64,000 bases of DNA from Clostridia bacterium (GCA_016292635.1 JAEDIC010000006.1:12367-76366), one strand, 5' to 3'. Positions 37,673-47,921 are shown, numbered from the stretch's first letter. A program made the numbers and translations. The notes: a model not told the origin generated them from the letters alone.

Positions 37673-38569
37673 CTAATTGCCGCCGTACTGCTTTTTCAGG
37701 TTTTCATACAGGGCGCTGCCAAGGGCGGAGAATATTTCGTCCCTGCGGCTGCTCCAATATTCGGTGGAGCTGTTGAAAAGCATCTTCTGCTGGGCGGGGG
37801 TAAGGTTTCTCACATATTCGGTATAGTCGGCGGTGGAAAGGCCGCTCTTTTTTGATGAGCCTGAGGATCCGCCGGATGATCCCGAAGATCTGCCGGAAGC
37901 CTGTCTTTCCATAGCGGCATTCTGCTGGGCAAGGTACTGGCTGTACCAGTCGGAGGCCATGGACAGGGCAGTCTCCGCTGCCGCGGCTGCGGCGGATGCG
38001 TTGTACTGCTGGGCGCTGAGGCTCATCTGGTCGTACTGGCTTAGGGTGTCGTATATGCGCTCCGCAAGCACCGCACCGTACTGGGCCTCTATCTCCCCTA
38101 TGTCGTCCTGCGCCTCCTCCATTTCCCTTGCCTTTACCGAGGTAACGTAGGTGCTGCCGCCCATGCCCCGGGATACCGCGTCCGCATCCAGCTCCGCCAT
38201 ATCCCTCTCCGCCGCCCTGTTTCGCTTTTCAATGGCGGCATCGGCGCTGGGGCGCAGTATGCTGCTCCACATGGAGCTCACCTCGTCTTTACTGGGGGGC
38301 TTTACCGTTACGGTTGGCACGGAAAGGCTGTTCTTTATGGCGTTGTAATAGCCGTCGAACGTTTGGTTCCTGCCGCTGTCCCCCCAGTTGAAGCCGCCGG
38401 TGTTCTGGATTGCCTGCTGCCGGGCTATGCTGGCCCTGTATGCGGCGTCGGTATCCGGGCCCCATATGCCGTCAACCTTTACCCCAAGCTGTCGCTGATA
38501 TTCCTTTACCTTTGATACGGAATTCACCCCTTGGGGAGGGGCGTATCCGTCCATGTAATAAGATGCCAT
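37673..38569 (-). CDS. Phage protein with N-terminal peptidoglycan-binding domain (PG_binding_1)
   Basis: VKEYQRQLGVKVDGIWGPDTDAAY, followed by a Ser/Gly-rich low-complexity tract. Confidence 0.6.
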   Translation of the reverse strand: MASYYMDGYAPPQGVNSVSKVKEYQRQLGVKVDGIWGPDTDAAYRASIARQQAIQNTGGFNWGDSGRNQTFDGYYNAIKNSLSVPTVTVKPPSKDEVSSMWSSILRPSADAAIEKRNRAAERDMAELDADAVSRGMGGSTYVTSVKAREMEEAQDDIGEIEAQYGAVLAERIYDTLSQYDQMSLSAQQYNASAAAAAAETALSMASDWYSQYLAQQNAAMERQASGRSSGSSGGSSGSSKKSGLSTADYTEYVRNLTPAQQKMLFNSSTEYWSSRRDEIFSALGSALYENLKKQYGGN

Positions 38570-38597
38570 GTGTGTTTTCCTCCTTCTTTATCCGCGG

Positions 38598-38765
38598 CTA
38601 TTCAAGGGCTGAAAGCCGCTCTTCCATTTCCTCAAGCTTCCGGGCTATGAGGGCAAAGTTCTGGTTCAGGTTGTTTTCGTTTGCCTTTACCGTTTCCTGA
38701 TACATATCCTCCGTCATGTCCGAAGGCAGCGCCACATAGTACAGCGCCCGCATATCCATTGCCAT
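38598..38765 (-). CDS. Small phage-module ORF (55 aa), absent from the track
   Basis: Own translation: MAMDMRALYYVALPSDMTEDMYQETVKANENNLNQNFALIARKLEEMEERLSALE. Its start abuts the stop of the 475-aa gene (TAAATG). Confidence 0.45.
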   Translation of the reverse strand: MAMDMRALYYVALPSDMTEDMYQETVKANENNLNQNFALIARKLEEMEERLSALE

Positions 38766-40193
38766 TTACTCAACCCTCCTCCATGTTTCAAAGGCAAGCT
38801 CCGCCCCGCCGGTGAGGGCAAAGCTGCCGCCGCCCTCGTTGCTTAGGGTAAGGGAAAATGTTCGCCCCTCGTTTTTCAGGGGAACCTCCACCACGTCGCT
38901 CTGCTCAAGGGGCAGCAGCACCCTGCTGCGGGTCTTTCCGCCGCCTATGGATACCTCCGCAATAAGGGCAGTTTCGCTGTTTTCTGAATGTCCCCTAAAG
39001 CACAGGGAGCGCATTGCCTTGACCCCGCTCTTGTCAAAAAGGTCGGTCTCGGGGGTGCGCCATCTGGCCTCTATGGGAGCGCCGTCGTAGCTTGCGCCTT
39101 CATCAAACAGGTAAACATACCGGGCGGAATTGATAAGATACAGCCTGCCGTCCCAGGCGGCTATATCCGCAGCGCCAAAGCCCCGGCGCAGCATATAGGC
39201 CCGCCTTTGCATATCGTATTCCACTATGGCATCGCTGTTTTCATCCTCCCGGATGGTAAAATACAGCTTGCCGCGGGCCACGGCTCCCTTGGTATCCTCA
39301 ACGGACGCGGAAAGCAACGTTTTCTTTATGCGCCTTGCATCCGCCATTGGGGCGGCGGTAACGCCATTAAAGCGGCAGAGGCCGCCCTTGGTCATGAAGT
39401 ACAGCATATCCCCGCTGGATACAAGGGAGGTGTATGCGGTGGTCTCAAGATCCCCATCCACCCTTTCCACGGTAAAGTTGGAAGGCTTGTCGCCGATGAG
39501 GCGGTATATGCTGCGTTTTTTGAATATCAGCAGCTGGTTGGAAAGGGTCGCTATGCCCACTATGGGATCGCCTGCGCTTTCCCCTATCTCGGCGTGACCG
39601 CCGGATACGTTTACGGAGCTTACCTCCTCGCCCCAGTCCTCGATGGTGCGGTCGCCGCCCGGAAGCTTTGACCAATACAGCCTGTTTGGATTTTCCGAAT
39701 CTCCCGCAGAGAAGAGACGGTTTCGATACATGGCAAGATAGCGCACATGCGCGTCCGAATGGGTATCTGCGCTTCCGAACAGGGTGGCTGCGGTGCCGTT
39801 GTATTTGACGATGGCCTGCTCTCCGCTGCCAATCAGCAGGTAATCCACCCCGCCTATCCTGGCCTCCTCAAAATCCACCTTTCCCTGAAGAAGCCCTCCG
39901 GTGAAGGTGTAAATAAGACCCCATTCCCCATTTATACAGGCATAAAGCTCATTGCCCGCCAGCACGATGATCCGCTCCCCGTCCGTGGTGTGAAAAAAAC
40001 GCATTCGCCGTATGGGCCCCTCTCCCGGCACGGGGGCAGCGATATATCGGGTATATCCCTTTGAAACGGAAAGCTCCCCGTCCGATGTGTCCATATTGCA
40101 GGCGTCCGGGCTGTATGCCGGTGACATTCCGTTTTCACCCATGGACTGGTCTATGCCTATAAACTCGTCTATGCGGTATATCTTACGAGCCAC
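38766..40193 (-). CDS. Large phage structural protein (475 aa), beta-rich, in a nozzle/tail-tube-like position
   Basis: Size and position after the capsid and adaptor-like genes. No motif recognised. Confidence 0.55.
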   Translation of the reverse strand: MARKIYRIDEFIGIDQSMGENGMSPAYSPDACNMDTSDGELSVSKGYTRYIAAPVPGEGPIRRMRFFHTTDGERIIVLAGNELYACINGEWGLIYTFTGGLLQGKVDFEEARIGGVDYLLIGSGEQAIVKYNGTAATLFGSADTHSDAHVRYLAMYRNRLFSAGDSENPNRLYWSKLPGGDRTIEDWGEEVSSVNVSGGHAEIGESAGDPIVGIATLSNQLLIFKKRSIYRLIGDKPSNFTVERVDGDLETTAYTSLVSSGDMLYFMTKGGLCRFNGVTAAPMADARRIKKTLLSASVEDTKGAVARGKLYFTIREDENSDAIVEYDMQRRAYMLRRGFGAADIAAWDGRLYLINSARYVYLFDEGASYDGAPIEARWRTPETDLFDKSGVKAMRSLCFRGHSENSETALIAEVSIGGGKTRSRVLLPLEQSDVVEVPLKNEGRTFSLTLSNEGGGSFALTGGAELAFETWRRVE

Positions 40194-40197
40194 GGTA

Positions 40198-40740
40198 TCA
40201 CCACCTGTTCACTATGCGCTGGCTGTCTCCCCCGCCCAGATGGGGGCGAATGGCGGCCTTGCCCGCCTCGTACATCTGAAAGTAGATATTGCCGCCCCTC
40301 TGGAGGGAAACATCTCCCGCCGCCCTTTCCCGGCCCACAACGTAGCTGACGATAAGCCCGTGCATCCATTCGGGAATATCCGGCTCGTCGGTGCTGGCAA
40401 AAAGCTCCTTTGGTACGCAGCGGTATGTTACCTCAATGATGCCGGGCCCGCCAGAAGTGACTATCACCTCGGAGGAATCCCCGTCAAAAAACTCCTCTGA
40501 AACGCCGTTTCGTTTTACAAAAAGCACCTTGCGGCAGCCACGGGACAGCATGGCGGTGGTAAATGTGCCGTCCCTGCTGTCTATCACATCGGTGCGGCGG
40601 GGCTTGTAGGCGGCGCATATGTCGGTCACTGCATCGTTGGCAAAGCGGGTGAACTTATCCCGCCATACGTCCATGGTCTGGGCATCGTGACCGCGGTCCA
40701 GCTGCGCCAATGCGGATACGATTATGTCATTGAGGGTCAT
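40198..40740 (-). CDS. Phage-module hypothetical protein (180 aa), in an adaptor-like position
   Basis: Co-directional, with a 4-nt overlap with the upstream gene. Confidence 0.5.
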   Translation of the reverse strand: MTLNDIIVSALAQLDRGHDAQTMDVWRDKFTRFANDAVTDICAAYKPRRTDVIDSRDGTFTTAMLSRGCRKVLFVKRNGVSEEFFDGDSSEVIVTSGGPGIIEVTYRCVPKELFASTDEPDIPEWMHGLIVSYVVGRERAAGDVSLQRGGNIYFQMYEAGKAAIRPHLGGGDSQRIVNRW

Positions 40741-41027
40741 GCGTCACCTCCGGACATCCGCCTGCCCTTATTCCCCTTGTAGGGCTTCACCTTGCGCTCC
40801 CCCATTATTTCCACCTGCTCGCTCATCTGTATGAGCTCGGCGATGGATTTGGGCAGTTCCACTATCGCACCCCGCTGAATACGGAAAAAGTAGCCGTTGA
40901 TGCCGCCCTCCCATGGGGCGCCTGTGCCGTTGTCACGGATCAGCATCTTTACCCTCTGCTGGAAAGCCAGCGCCGTGCCCATGTCTCCCTGAAGCTTGTC
41001 TATCTCCCTGTCGGTAATGTAGTTCAT
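40737..41027 (-). CDS. Phage-module hypothetical protein (96 aa)
   Basis: AGGAGG RBS 10 nt upstream of the ATG. Confidence 0.55.
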   Translation of the reverse strand: MNYITDREIDKLQGDMGTALAFQQRVKMLIRDNGTGAPWEGGINGYFFRIQRGAIVELPKSIAELIQMSEQVEIMGERKVKPYKGNKGRRMSGGDA

Positions 41028-41392
41028 TTTTTCTTACTCCTCCTGTGCTTATCTGATCTTGTCTTTCTATTTATTTAAGAAGGGCCGGAGCATACCGTCC
41101 CGGCCCAGCTGAAAGGGATCCGCTTGTCTTTTCATATAGAAAGAAAGCGGTAAAGAAAGCAATTCGGCACTTATGGGATTCGCCGAAAATCCATTGTATT
41201 TTCAGCGGTATATCCGGCTTTCGCCTCTCATTTCCTTTGGAAGCGGCTGAACCGTCCGCTCCCCGCCCGAAAGGGTTCGCGGTTCCGAGAGGGGAGCGGA
41301 AAACCCCATAAGGATTCTAATCGGCCATATGTGCAATCACCTGGCCGCATCTTGCGAAAATGGCATAGCCATTTTTGCGAAAAGCGAAGCCG

Positions 41393-42586
41393 CTATGCGC
41401 TTACGCCATGCTCAATGCGGATTATCCACAGCTCATTGAGTATCTTTGCGGCGTATGCGGCAACCTTTGCGCCAACGGTAGCTCGCTGATCCAGGGGATC
41501 GGAGGTGCCGGCGCTGCCATGGGGCTTGATGATTATCTGGAGGGCGCCGCTGCCCGCAACATCCACCATGCCGTAGGCATCCTTGCCGAAGATGAGGGTG
41601 GAGTGTACGTCCACGCCCGCCTTAGTGGTGCTGTCCATTTCGCCCGCATCCTGACTGTATACGATGGCGTCCGCAGCAAGGGAAGCGGCGGCGCTCAGGG
41701 TAACAGTATTGGTTGCGGCGTCAAAGGAAGCGATGGTGTGCTCGGCGTCGCCGATCATGATCTTATTGCCGGCGGTTGAAAGGTAGGCAACCTCCCCATC
41801 GGTGGGGGCGTTCTTCAGCACGAAGGATGCGGAAGAAGTGGTTTGGGCGTTTACCTTGTTCAGCACGCTCTGGGTGAATACCTTGGCCTCGGTGGATTCC
41901 ACGAATACCACGCCGAAGAGGCGGCCGATCTCGCCGGAGTAAATCTGCTCGGCGCAGGAATACTTGGAAACATCCTGCCAGAGGGCGTCGCTCTGCAGGT
42001 CAAAGGTAGCCTCGGGGGAGCAGATGCAGATGAAGTGGGGCTTGCGGCCTTCCTCGCCAAAGGGGCGGGCCTTGGCCTTCTTAAGGGTACGTACAGCCTT
42101 GCGCACCTCGGCAACGGTCAGCTTATCCGAGGCGGTAATGGCGCTGCGGGCGGTCTTGCCGCCGGCGTACTGCACGTTGGTGCCGGCGTTCATGGCGTCT
42201 CGGGTCACCCATTCAACCACGGTGCCCAGCTGCTCGCCCAGCAGCTCCGCGCTTTCGGAAATGACCTGGTCATAGCCGGTCATATCCAGCAGATCGGATA
42301 CCTCAACATATGCGCCGTACTGGGCAACCTCCACCTCCACGTTGCTCTGCGAAAGAGCCTGTCCGGTGGGAGTAACGCCTTCCTGCAGGGCCTCTACGGC
42401 ATCGTTGGCATCAAAGAGGTTCCATTTGCGGAATTCCACCCTCTTGCCGCTGTTGCGGGGAATGGGGCGCTTCTGGCCGTACTTGGCGTGAACAAAGCGG
42501 GTCTTTGCGCTTTCCAGAAGCTGCCTGTCATAAAAGGTCTTGTTAAGCCTGGTAGTGTTGATGGTGTTTGCGGTAGTGTTGGTCAT
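41393..42586 (-). CDS. Phage major capsid protein (N4-gp56-like, HK97 fold)
   Basis: 397 aa. TRFVHAKYGQKRPIPRNSGKRVEFRKWNLF matches the remembered N-terminal signature of the N4-gp56 capsid family. Preceded by a scaffold-like gene. Confidence 0.65.
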   Translation of the reverse strand: MTNTTANTINTTRLNKTFYDRQLLESAKTRFVHAKYGQKRPIPRNSGKRVEFRKWNLFDANDAVEALQEGVTPTGQALSQSNVEVEVAQYGAYVEVSDLLDMTGYDQVISESAELLGEQLGTVVEWVTRDAMNAGTNVQYAGGKTARSAITASDKLTVAEVRKAVRTLKKAKARPFGEEGRKPHFICICSPEATFDLQSDALWQDVSKYSCAEQIYSGEIGRLFGVVFVESTEAKVFTQSVLNKVNAQTTSSASFVLKNAPTDGEVAYLSTAGNKIMIGDAEHTIASFDAATNTVTLSAAASLAADAIVYSQDAGEMDSTTKAGVDVHSTLIFGKDAYGMVDVAGSGALQIIIKPHGSAGTSDPLDQRATVGAKVAAYAAKILNELWIIRIEHGVSA

Positions 42587-42611
42587 TTTTGTTCTCCTTT
42601 CCTTGTGTGTG

Positions 42612-43175
42612 TTACAGTGTTGCCCTGCGTCCCTCGGCTGCGGCCTTCATAAGGCGCTCCTTTATCTCCCGGAACTGGGCGGAGGGCATATTCGCGTAGT
42701 CCGTCTGTGCCTCGGCAGGAACATCTCCCCTTATGGGAGTGGGCAGGGCCCGGCGGGCGGCTATCTTTTCCATGATGTCCTGTGCGCCAAGCTCCCTCTC
42801 CCTCTTTGCGTTCTCCTCCATGCGGCACTCTGCGGCATACAGCCTGAGGGCGGCCTTTACGGGCATCTCAAGGAGCATTTTTACGAACCTTTCATCCTCA
42901 AGGTACGCCTCAACGTCCTCCTGAAGTTCCCCCGCTTCCCCGAGGCGGATAAGGTCGTTTGCGGCTCTGGCGCTGATGGCCGCCAGTCCCCTGGGCATAC
43001 CGCCCCCGTCCAGCAGCATGGCTGCCGCCGCCGCCTGATCCATGCCCGTATCAAGGCATACGCTCTCGATGAGCTGCCTGCCTATGATATAGGCGGGCTC
43101 CGCCTCCGAAAGGCTCCTGGCCATATCCAGCAGCTCGCCCTCGGTAACAAGGCCGGTGTCTTTTCTCTGCTTCAT
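42612..43175 (-). CDS. Scaffolding-like phage protein (187 aa, acidic, helical)
   Basis: Inferred from position immediately upstream of the capsid gene and from composition only. Confidence 0.45.
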   Translation of the reverse strand: MKQRKDTGLVTEGELLDMARSLSEAEPAYIIGRQLIESVCLDTGMDQAAAAAMLLDGGGMPRGLAAISARAANDLIRLGEAGELQEDVEAYLEDERFVKMLLEMPVKAALRLYAAECRMEENAKRERELGAQDIMEKIAARRALPTPIRGDVPAEAQTDYANMPSAQFREIKERLMKAAAEGRRATL

Positions 43176-43467
43176 TCTTTTCCTCCCATCAAAAAAAGCG
43201 CCCCCCGAAGCCGGGAACGCTCTCTTCTGCCTGTTGTGCGGTCAGGCTGCCGTTTTATTGAATGGAAAACCGGCGGGCACAAAAACGGACCCAAACAAAA
43301 AACCGGCGGCCTTTTTGCCCCCGGTTTTCCACCATGGATATTATAACCCGACCAATTGTTCGATGTAAAGTGCAACTTGGCGGCATAAAAACGGCAGCTT
43401 TCGTGCATAAACTTCTTGCCGATAAACGGGGATTTGCCTTATAATTTGCCTTGAGGTGAACGCATTT

Positions 43468-44202
43468 ATGATGGACTATTTCTGGAATTCAAAAGAAAAC
43501 ATACCCGAAGGGCTTGGGTTTAAGCTTTTTGGCGGCACCCATTTGTGCTGGCTTCTGGCGGCCCTTATCACCTTTGTGATATGCTGTGTATTATATAGGT
43601 TTCTCTCGGAAAAGCACAGGCGCTTTTTCCTGCGCTTTGTGGCGGTGCTGATGGTGGTAATGGAAATATTAAAGAACATTATACTGCTCATCACCGGCGA
43701 GTGGTATCCGGATCATCTGCCCCTGCACCTTTGCGGCATAAACATATTCGTATGCCTGTGGCATTCCATTAAGCCAAACTCCCTGAACCGTGAGCTGCTG
43801 TATGCCCTTGGCATGCCCGGGGCCATGGCGGCGCTGCTGTTTTCAAACTGGACGATGCTGCCCTGCATGAATTTTTTCCATATACACAGCTTTGTTGTGC
43901 ATATACTGCTGGTGATGTATCCCCTTGTGCTGCTGTTTTCCCATGAGCTGAGGCCGGATGTGAAGCAGCTGCCCAAATGCCTTCTGTTTTTGCTTGCCGC
44001 GGGCATCCCCCTCTTCTTCCTGAACAAGGCGCTGGATACCAACTTTATGTTCCTTAACCGGGCGGATACCGGCAATCCCCTCTCCCTGTTTGAAGCCTGG
44101 CTGGGCCGCCCATGGTATATCATAGGTTACATTCCCCTTATATCGGTGGTGTGGTTCCTTATGTACTTGCCCTGGAGCATGGCAAAAAAGAAGCAATTGT
44201 AA
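43468..44202 (+). CDS. YwaF/TIGR02206 family integral membrane protein
   Basis: FGGTHLCWLL and PLHLCGINIF motifs with multiple TMs. ATG placed 9 nt after GAGGTG; the track starts at a GTG at 43456. Confidence 0.7.
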   Translation: MMDYFWNSKENIPEGLGFKLFGGTHLCWLLAALITFVICCVLYRFLSEKHRRFFLRFVAVLMVVMEILKNIILLITGEWYPDHLPLHLCGINIFVCLWHSIKPNSLNRELLYALGMPGAMAALLFSNWTMLPCMNFFHIHSFVVHILLVMYPLVLLFSHELRPDVKQLPKCLLFLLAAGIPLFFLNKALDTNFMFLNRADTGNPLSLFEAWLGRPWYIIGYIPLISVVWFLMYLPWSMAKKKQL

Positions 44203-44269
44203 AAATCTTGGCGGGCCCACAAGGAGTCCGCTTTTTTTATGGATTTTTAATAATATATAATGTTATAAT

Positions 44270-46732
44270 ATGGCCATGGAAAAGAGAAAATACGAAATAA
44301 CCGGTATGTCCTGCGCGGCCTGCGCCGCGCGGGTGGAAAAAGCTGTAAACAGCCTGCCCGTTGGGGAGGCTGTGGTCAGCCTTATGCAAAATCGCCTTAC
44401 CGTGACCCTTGACCCGGATAAGGTGACGGACGATGCCATCATAGCCGCAGTTGAAGCGGCGGGGTATGGAGCAATGGTTTCCGGCGGGGACCGCACCGTT
44501 GATCTTGCGGGGGAGGAAAAGCGCACCCGCAGGCGGCTGTGGCTGTCCGTAGCCTTTTTAATGGCGCTGATGGCGATATCCATGCAGCATATGTTCGGCT
44601 ACCATCTGCCCGGTTTCCTTGGCGACCCTCTGGGCAACGCCGTTACCCAGCTGATACTTACCCTGCCCATAGTATACCTTAACCGGGCGTACTTCACCGG
44701 CGGCATACCCGCCCTGACTCGGGGCGGTCCAAATATGGACTCACTGGTTGCGGTGGGCAGCGGCGCTTCCCTGCTCTACGGCCTTTATGCCACAATAAAG
44801 ATAGCCATGGGTGATATTTCCTTCTCCCATCAGCTTTATTTTGAGTCCGCCGCCATGATACTTACCCTGGTCACCGTGGGCAAATATCTTGAGCGCAGGG
44901 CAAGGGGGCAAACCGGCGCCTCCATACAGAAGCTCATGGACCTTGCTCCCAAAACCGCCACCGTTGTGGCAGAGGGCGAGGAGCGCATAGTTCAGGTAAA
45001 GGATCTGTCCATAGGTGATATTATATTGGTAAAGCCCGGACAGCGCATCCCTGTGGACGGCCGTATCACCTCCGGCGGCAGCAGCGTGGATGAATCCGCC
45101 CTTACAGGCGAAAGCATTCCCGTATATAAACAGCCCGGCGATAAGGTATACTCGGGCACTATGAACGGGGCAGGCAGCATATACTTTGCCGCAGAGCGTG
45201 TCGGCGAGGATACAACCCTTTCCGGCATGATACGCCTTGTTGAGGAAGCCGCCGCCAGCAAAGCCCCCATCGCACGTCTTGCGGACAAGGTTGCTGGGGT
45301 ATTCGTTCCCGTGGTAATGTCCATTGCGGCGGTTGCCGCCGTGGTTTGGCTAATGGTTGGGCAAACTCCGGAATTTGCCCTGTCCATAGGCATATCCGTG
45401 CTGGTGGTCTCCTGTCCCTGCGCCCTGGGCCTCGCCACCCCCGTTGCCATAATGGCGGGCACCGGCAAGGGCGCCGAACAGGGCATACTCATCACCTCCG
45501 CCGAGGCCCTTGAGACTCTGCACAAGGTAAAAACCGTAGTGCTGGATAAAACCGGCACCCTTACCGTTGGCAAGCCCAGGGTGACCGATGTTATCCCCAC
45601 CGACGACAAAGCTGCCCTCATCTCCGCCGCTGTTGCCCTTGAAAAGGGCAGCGAGCATCCCCTTGCGGGAGCTGTTACCGCCCTTGGGGATAGCGAGCTT
45701 GTGGTGGAGGGTTTCCGCTCCATTTCCGGAAAAGGCGTTAGCGGCAGCATAGATGGCATTGAGCACCTTGCGGGCAACGCCGCCCTTATGGGCGAATACG
45801 GCATTGACGTATCCCATATGTCGGATACCGCCGCAAAGCTCATGTCGGAGGGTAAAACTCTGCTGTATGTGTCCCACGGCAATGAGCTTATGGGCCTCAT
45901 CGCCTGTGCGGACGTTATAAAGCCCACCTCCGCAGACGCCCTCCGTGCTTTTGAGGATATGGGCATATCCACCGTAATGCTCACCGGCGATACACCCGTT
46001 ACCGCCGAGGCAATAAAGAATCAGCTTGGCATGGCAACGGCCTGCGCCGGCGTTCTTCCCGCAGACAAGGCCCGAATAGTGGGCGAGCTTAAGGAGAAGG
46101 GCGTTACCGCCATGATAGGCGACGGCATAAACGACGCCCCCGCCCTTGCCACCGCCGACGTTGGCTTAGCCATAGGCGCGGGCACGGATATCGCTATCGA
46201 AGCGGCGGGCGTAGTTCTGATGCGCAGTGACCTTATGGACGCCGTAAGCGCCGTTGAGCTTTCCCGTGCGGTAATACGCAATATAAAGGAAAACCTTTTC
46301 TGGGCGTTCATTTACAATGTCATCGGCATCCCCATTGCGGCTGGAGTGTTCTATTCCGCATTGGGCTGGAAGATGTCCCCCATGTTCGGCGCGGCGGCAA
46401 TGAGCATGAGCTCTGTCTGCGTCTGTCTGAATGCCCTTAGGCTGCTTCGCTTTAAGCCCAAGCACGCCAGTAAAGCACATAATGCAGTTGAAACAAACAG
46501 CAATATAACGGAGGAAACCCAAATGACAAAGACTATCATAATTACCGGCATGACGTGCCCCCATTGCTCCGGCAGAGTGCATAAGGCCCTCGCCGCCATC
46601 CCCGGCGTATCTGCCGCCGATGTAAGCCATGAAACCGGCAAAGCCGTGGTGACCCTTGCCGATGAAGTAAACGTTGACCTGCTCACCGCCGCCGTTGTTG
46701 ACGCAGGCTATGAGGTAGTGGGCGTGGAATAG
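44270..46732 (+). CDS. copA: Copper-translocating P1B-type ATPase with N- and C-terminal HMA domains
   Basis: [15 protein letters not shown] (N-terminal HMA), CPC motif in [27 protein letters not shown], and a second [18 protein letters not shown] at the C-terminus. Confidence 0.9.
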   Translation: MAMEKRKYEITGMSCAACAARVEKAVNSLPVGEAVVSLMQNRLTVTLDPDKVTDDAIIAAVEAAGYGAMVSGGDRTVDLAGEEKRTRRRLWLSVAFLMALMAISMQHMFGYHLPGFLGDPLGNAVTQLILTLPIVYLNRAYFTGGIPALTRGGPNMDSLVAVGSGASLLYGLYATIKIAMGDISFSHQLYFESAAMILTLVTVGKYLERRARGQTGASIQKLMDLAPKTATVVAEGEERIVQVKDLSIGDIILVKPGQRIPVDGRITSGGSSVDESALTGESIPVYKQPGDKVYSGTMNGAGSIYFAAERVGEDTTLSGMIRLVEEAAASKAPIARLADKVAGVFVPVVMSIAAVAAVVWLMVGQTPEFALSIGISVLVVSCPCALGLATPVAIMAGTGKGAEQGILITSAEALETLHKVKTVVLDKTGTLTVGKPRVTDVIPTDDKAALISAAVALEKGSEHPLAGAVTALGDSELVVEGFRSISGKGVSGSIDGIEHLAGNAALMGEYGIDVSHMSDTAAKLMSEGKTLLYVSHGNELMGLIACADVIKPTSADALRAFEDMGISTVMLTGDTPVTAEAIKNQLGMATACAGVLPADKARIVGELKEKGVTAMIGDGINDAPALATADVGLAIGAGTDIAIEAAGVVLMRSDLMDAVSAVELSRAVIRNIKENLFWAFIYNVIGIPIAAGVFYSALGWKMSPMFGAAAMSMSSVCVCLNALRLLRFKPKHASKAHNAVETNSNITEETQMTKTIIITGMTCPHCSGRVHKALAAIPGVSAADVSHETGKAVVTLADEVNVDLLTAAVVDAGYEVVGVE

Positions 46733-46843
46733 CCTGCACATATGCTGTGCGGTCTTTCAGCTCCTTTACCCATTCCGCCTTCGGGTCATAGGGGATGCAC
46801 CGGATACCGCCTATGACGAGCTGCTGAAATAGCACAGCCAAGC

Positions 46844-46887
46844 AAAAAACCGTCCGGACGCATATGCGTCCGGACGATATTTTTTTA
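46844..46887. terminator. Bidirectional terminator between copA and the SRP RNA (CGTCCGGACG-catatg-CGTCCGGACG with A and T runs)
   Basis: Read directly. Confidence 0.75.
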
Positions 46888-46891
46888 TTAA

Positions 46892-47168
46892 GATACCGCG
46901 CACCCGCCCCTCGATAACGCTCCCCATGGGCGCTGTTCTGTCAGGTGGCTACTCCCGGGCAGCCCCGCGGCACACCCGCTCAGCCGTTTAATGCTGCTGC
47001 CTTCCGGCCCTGACATGGTTCACAGAGGCTGGTTGCACGGGACCCGGGTATCAATGCTCCTTAACAGAGGCTGCCCCACAAAGGCGTACCTCAAGGCGGG
47101 GATTCGGCCCTGCTGTAGCGGATCGCAGGTTCAGGGCACCGCTAACTCCCCGCTTAGCGCGGCAAGGA
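46892..47168 (-). ncRNA. ffs: Signal recognition particle RNA, long Bacillus type (scRNA)
   Basis: The reverse complement contains GCTAAGCGGGGAGTTAGCGGTGCCCTGAACCTGCGATCCGC and the domain IV core GAACCATGTCAGGGCCGGAAGGCAGCAGCATTAA. Collinear with B. subtilis scRNA. Ends are approximate. Confidence 0.85.
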
Positions 47169-47270
47169 TATTGTAACAAGGGGAAGGAAAATAGTCAACG
47201 GCAAAACATAGGCGAAAAAGCAAAAAAACGGCTTTGGTTTCCCAAAGCCGCTAAAACTTGTTGTCCTTGA

Positions 47271-47373
47271 TTGAAAGGGAACTTGTTTCTCACTTGCAAG
47301 TATATTATAACCTGCCCTAAGGGTTATTTCATCACAAAAGTATTACAATCCCATCAAACTTTGATTAAGTTTT
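47271..47373. repeat. Direct repeat copy 1 (103 nt) flanking the two-gene cassette
   Basis: About 97 of 103 identical to 48658..48760 by eye. The first 52 nt are identical. Confidence 0.85.
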
Positions 47374-47411
47374 AATTTAATATTTGCATATTTTATAAGA
47401 TTCCGGCTGTT

Positions 47412-47852
47412 TTATGCATTATCGACACCCTTTATCCCTATATAATATGCACATATCGCCCACAGCGTGGACAGCAGGCTCACTGTGGCTATGGCTGCGG
47501 GTTCGGAAATATTCGGTTTTACTTCAGCAACGGCATTAGTAATTATGCCTGCCAATATCCCGACGAACAGCGCATATGGCAACACCTTGACAAACCTCGG
47601 CCTTTCCTCTTCCACCATGCCCTCCTTCATCAGGGAGGCGGTGCGAAACAGCGCAAATAAACCGCACATTGAAAGATACGACAGTATGCCTTCCAGTGAC
47701 AGAATGCTTCCCCACGAAGTATCATAGCACAGCATTACAATAAGCCGCTCCACATATATAACCGCAAGCGATCCAATCAGGGCATCAATAAACAGCATTA
47801 CAGCCTTTATAAATTTTCCCGTATTAAGCTTTAATATCTGCCTGTAAAACAT
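47412..47852 (-). CDS. 4-TM membrane protein, uncharacterised (cassette gene 2)
   Basis: 146 aa, hydrophobic, in AT-richer DNA. Confidence 0.6.
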   Translation of the reverse strand: MFYRQILKLNTGKFIKAVMLFIDALIGSLAVIYVERLIVMLCYDTSWGSILSLEGILSYLSMCGLFALFRTASLMKEGMVEEERPRFVKVLPYALFVGILAGIITNAVAEVKPNISEPAAIATVSLLSTLWAICAYYIGIKGVDNA

Positions 47853-47921
47853 GGCCTTTATCCCTCCTACGGGTCATTATTTATTGGGTCGAAAAGCATC
47901 CCGCAAAACATATTATGTTTT

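Larger units (their letters stand above)
34936..43175 (-). mobile_element. Prophage remnant: podovirus-like structural and lysis module without portal, terminase, replication or integration genes
   Basis: 13 co-directional tightly packed genes running scaffold-like, N4-gp56-like capsid, tail-like proteins, endolysin, holin. Flanked by host genes (murC side and ywaF side). Confidence 0.7.

Noticed and set aside
43172-43408. 78-aa minus-strand ORF upstream of the phage scaffold-like gene, as a possible truncated portal
   Set aside because: The translation is low complexity (Pro/Arg/Gly) and spans a terminator-like hairpin. It has no resemblance to portal proteins.
44992-45984. 330-aa minus-strand ORF inside copA
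   Set aside because: It is antisense to a P-type ATPase with all canonical motifs. The translation is Ser/Pro/Ala-rich and looks non-protein-like.
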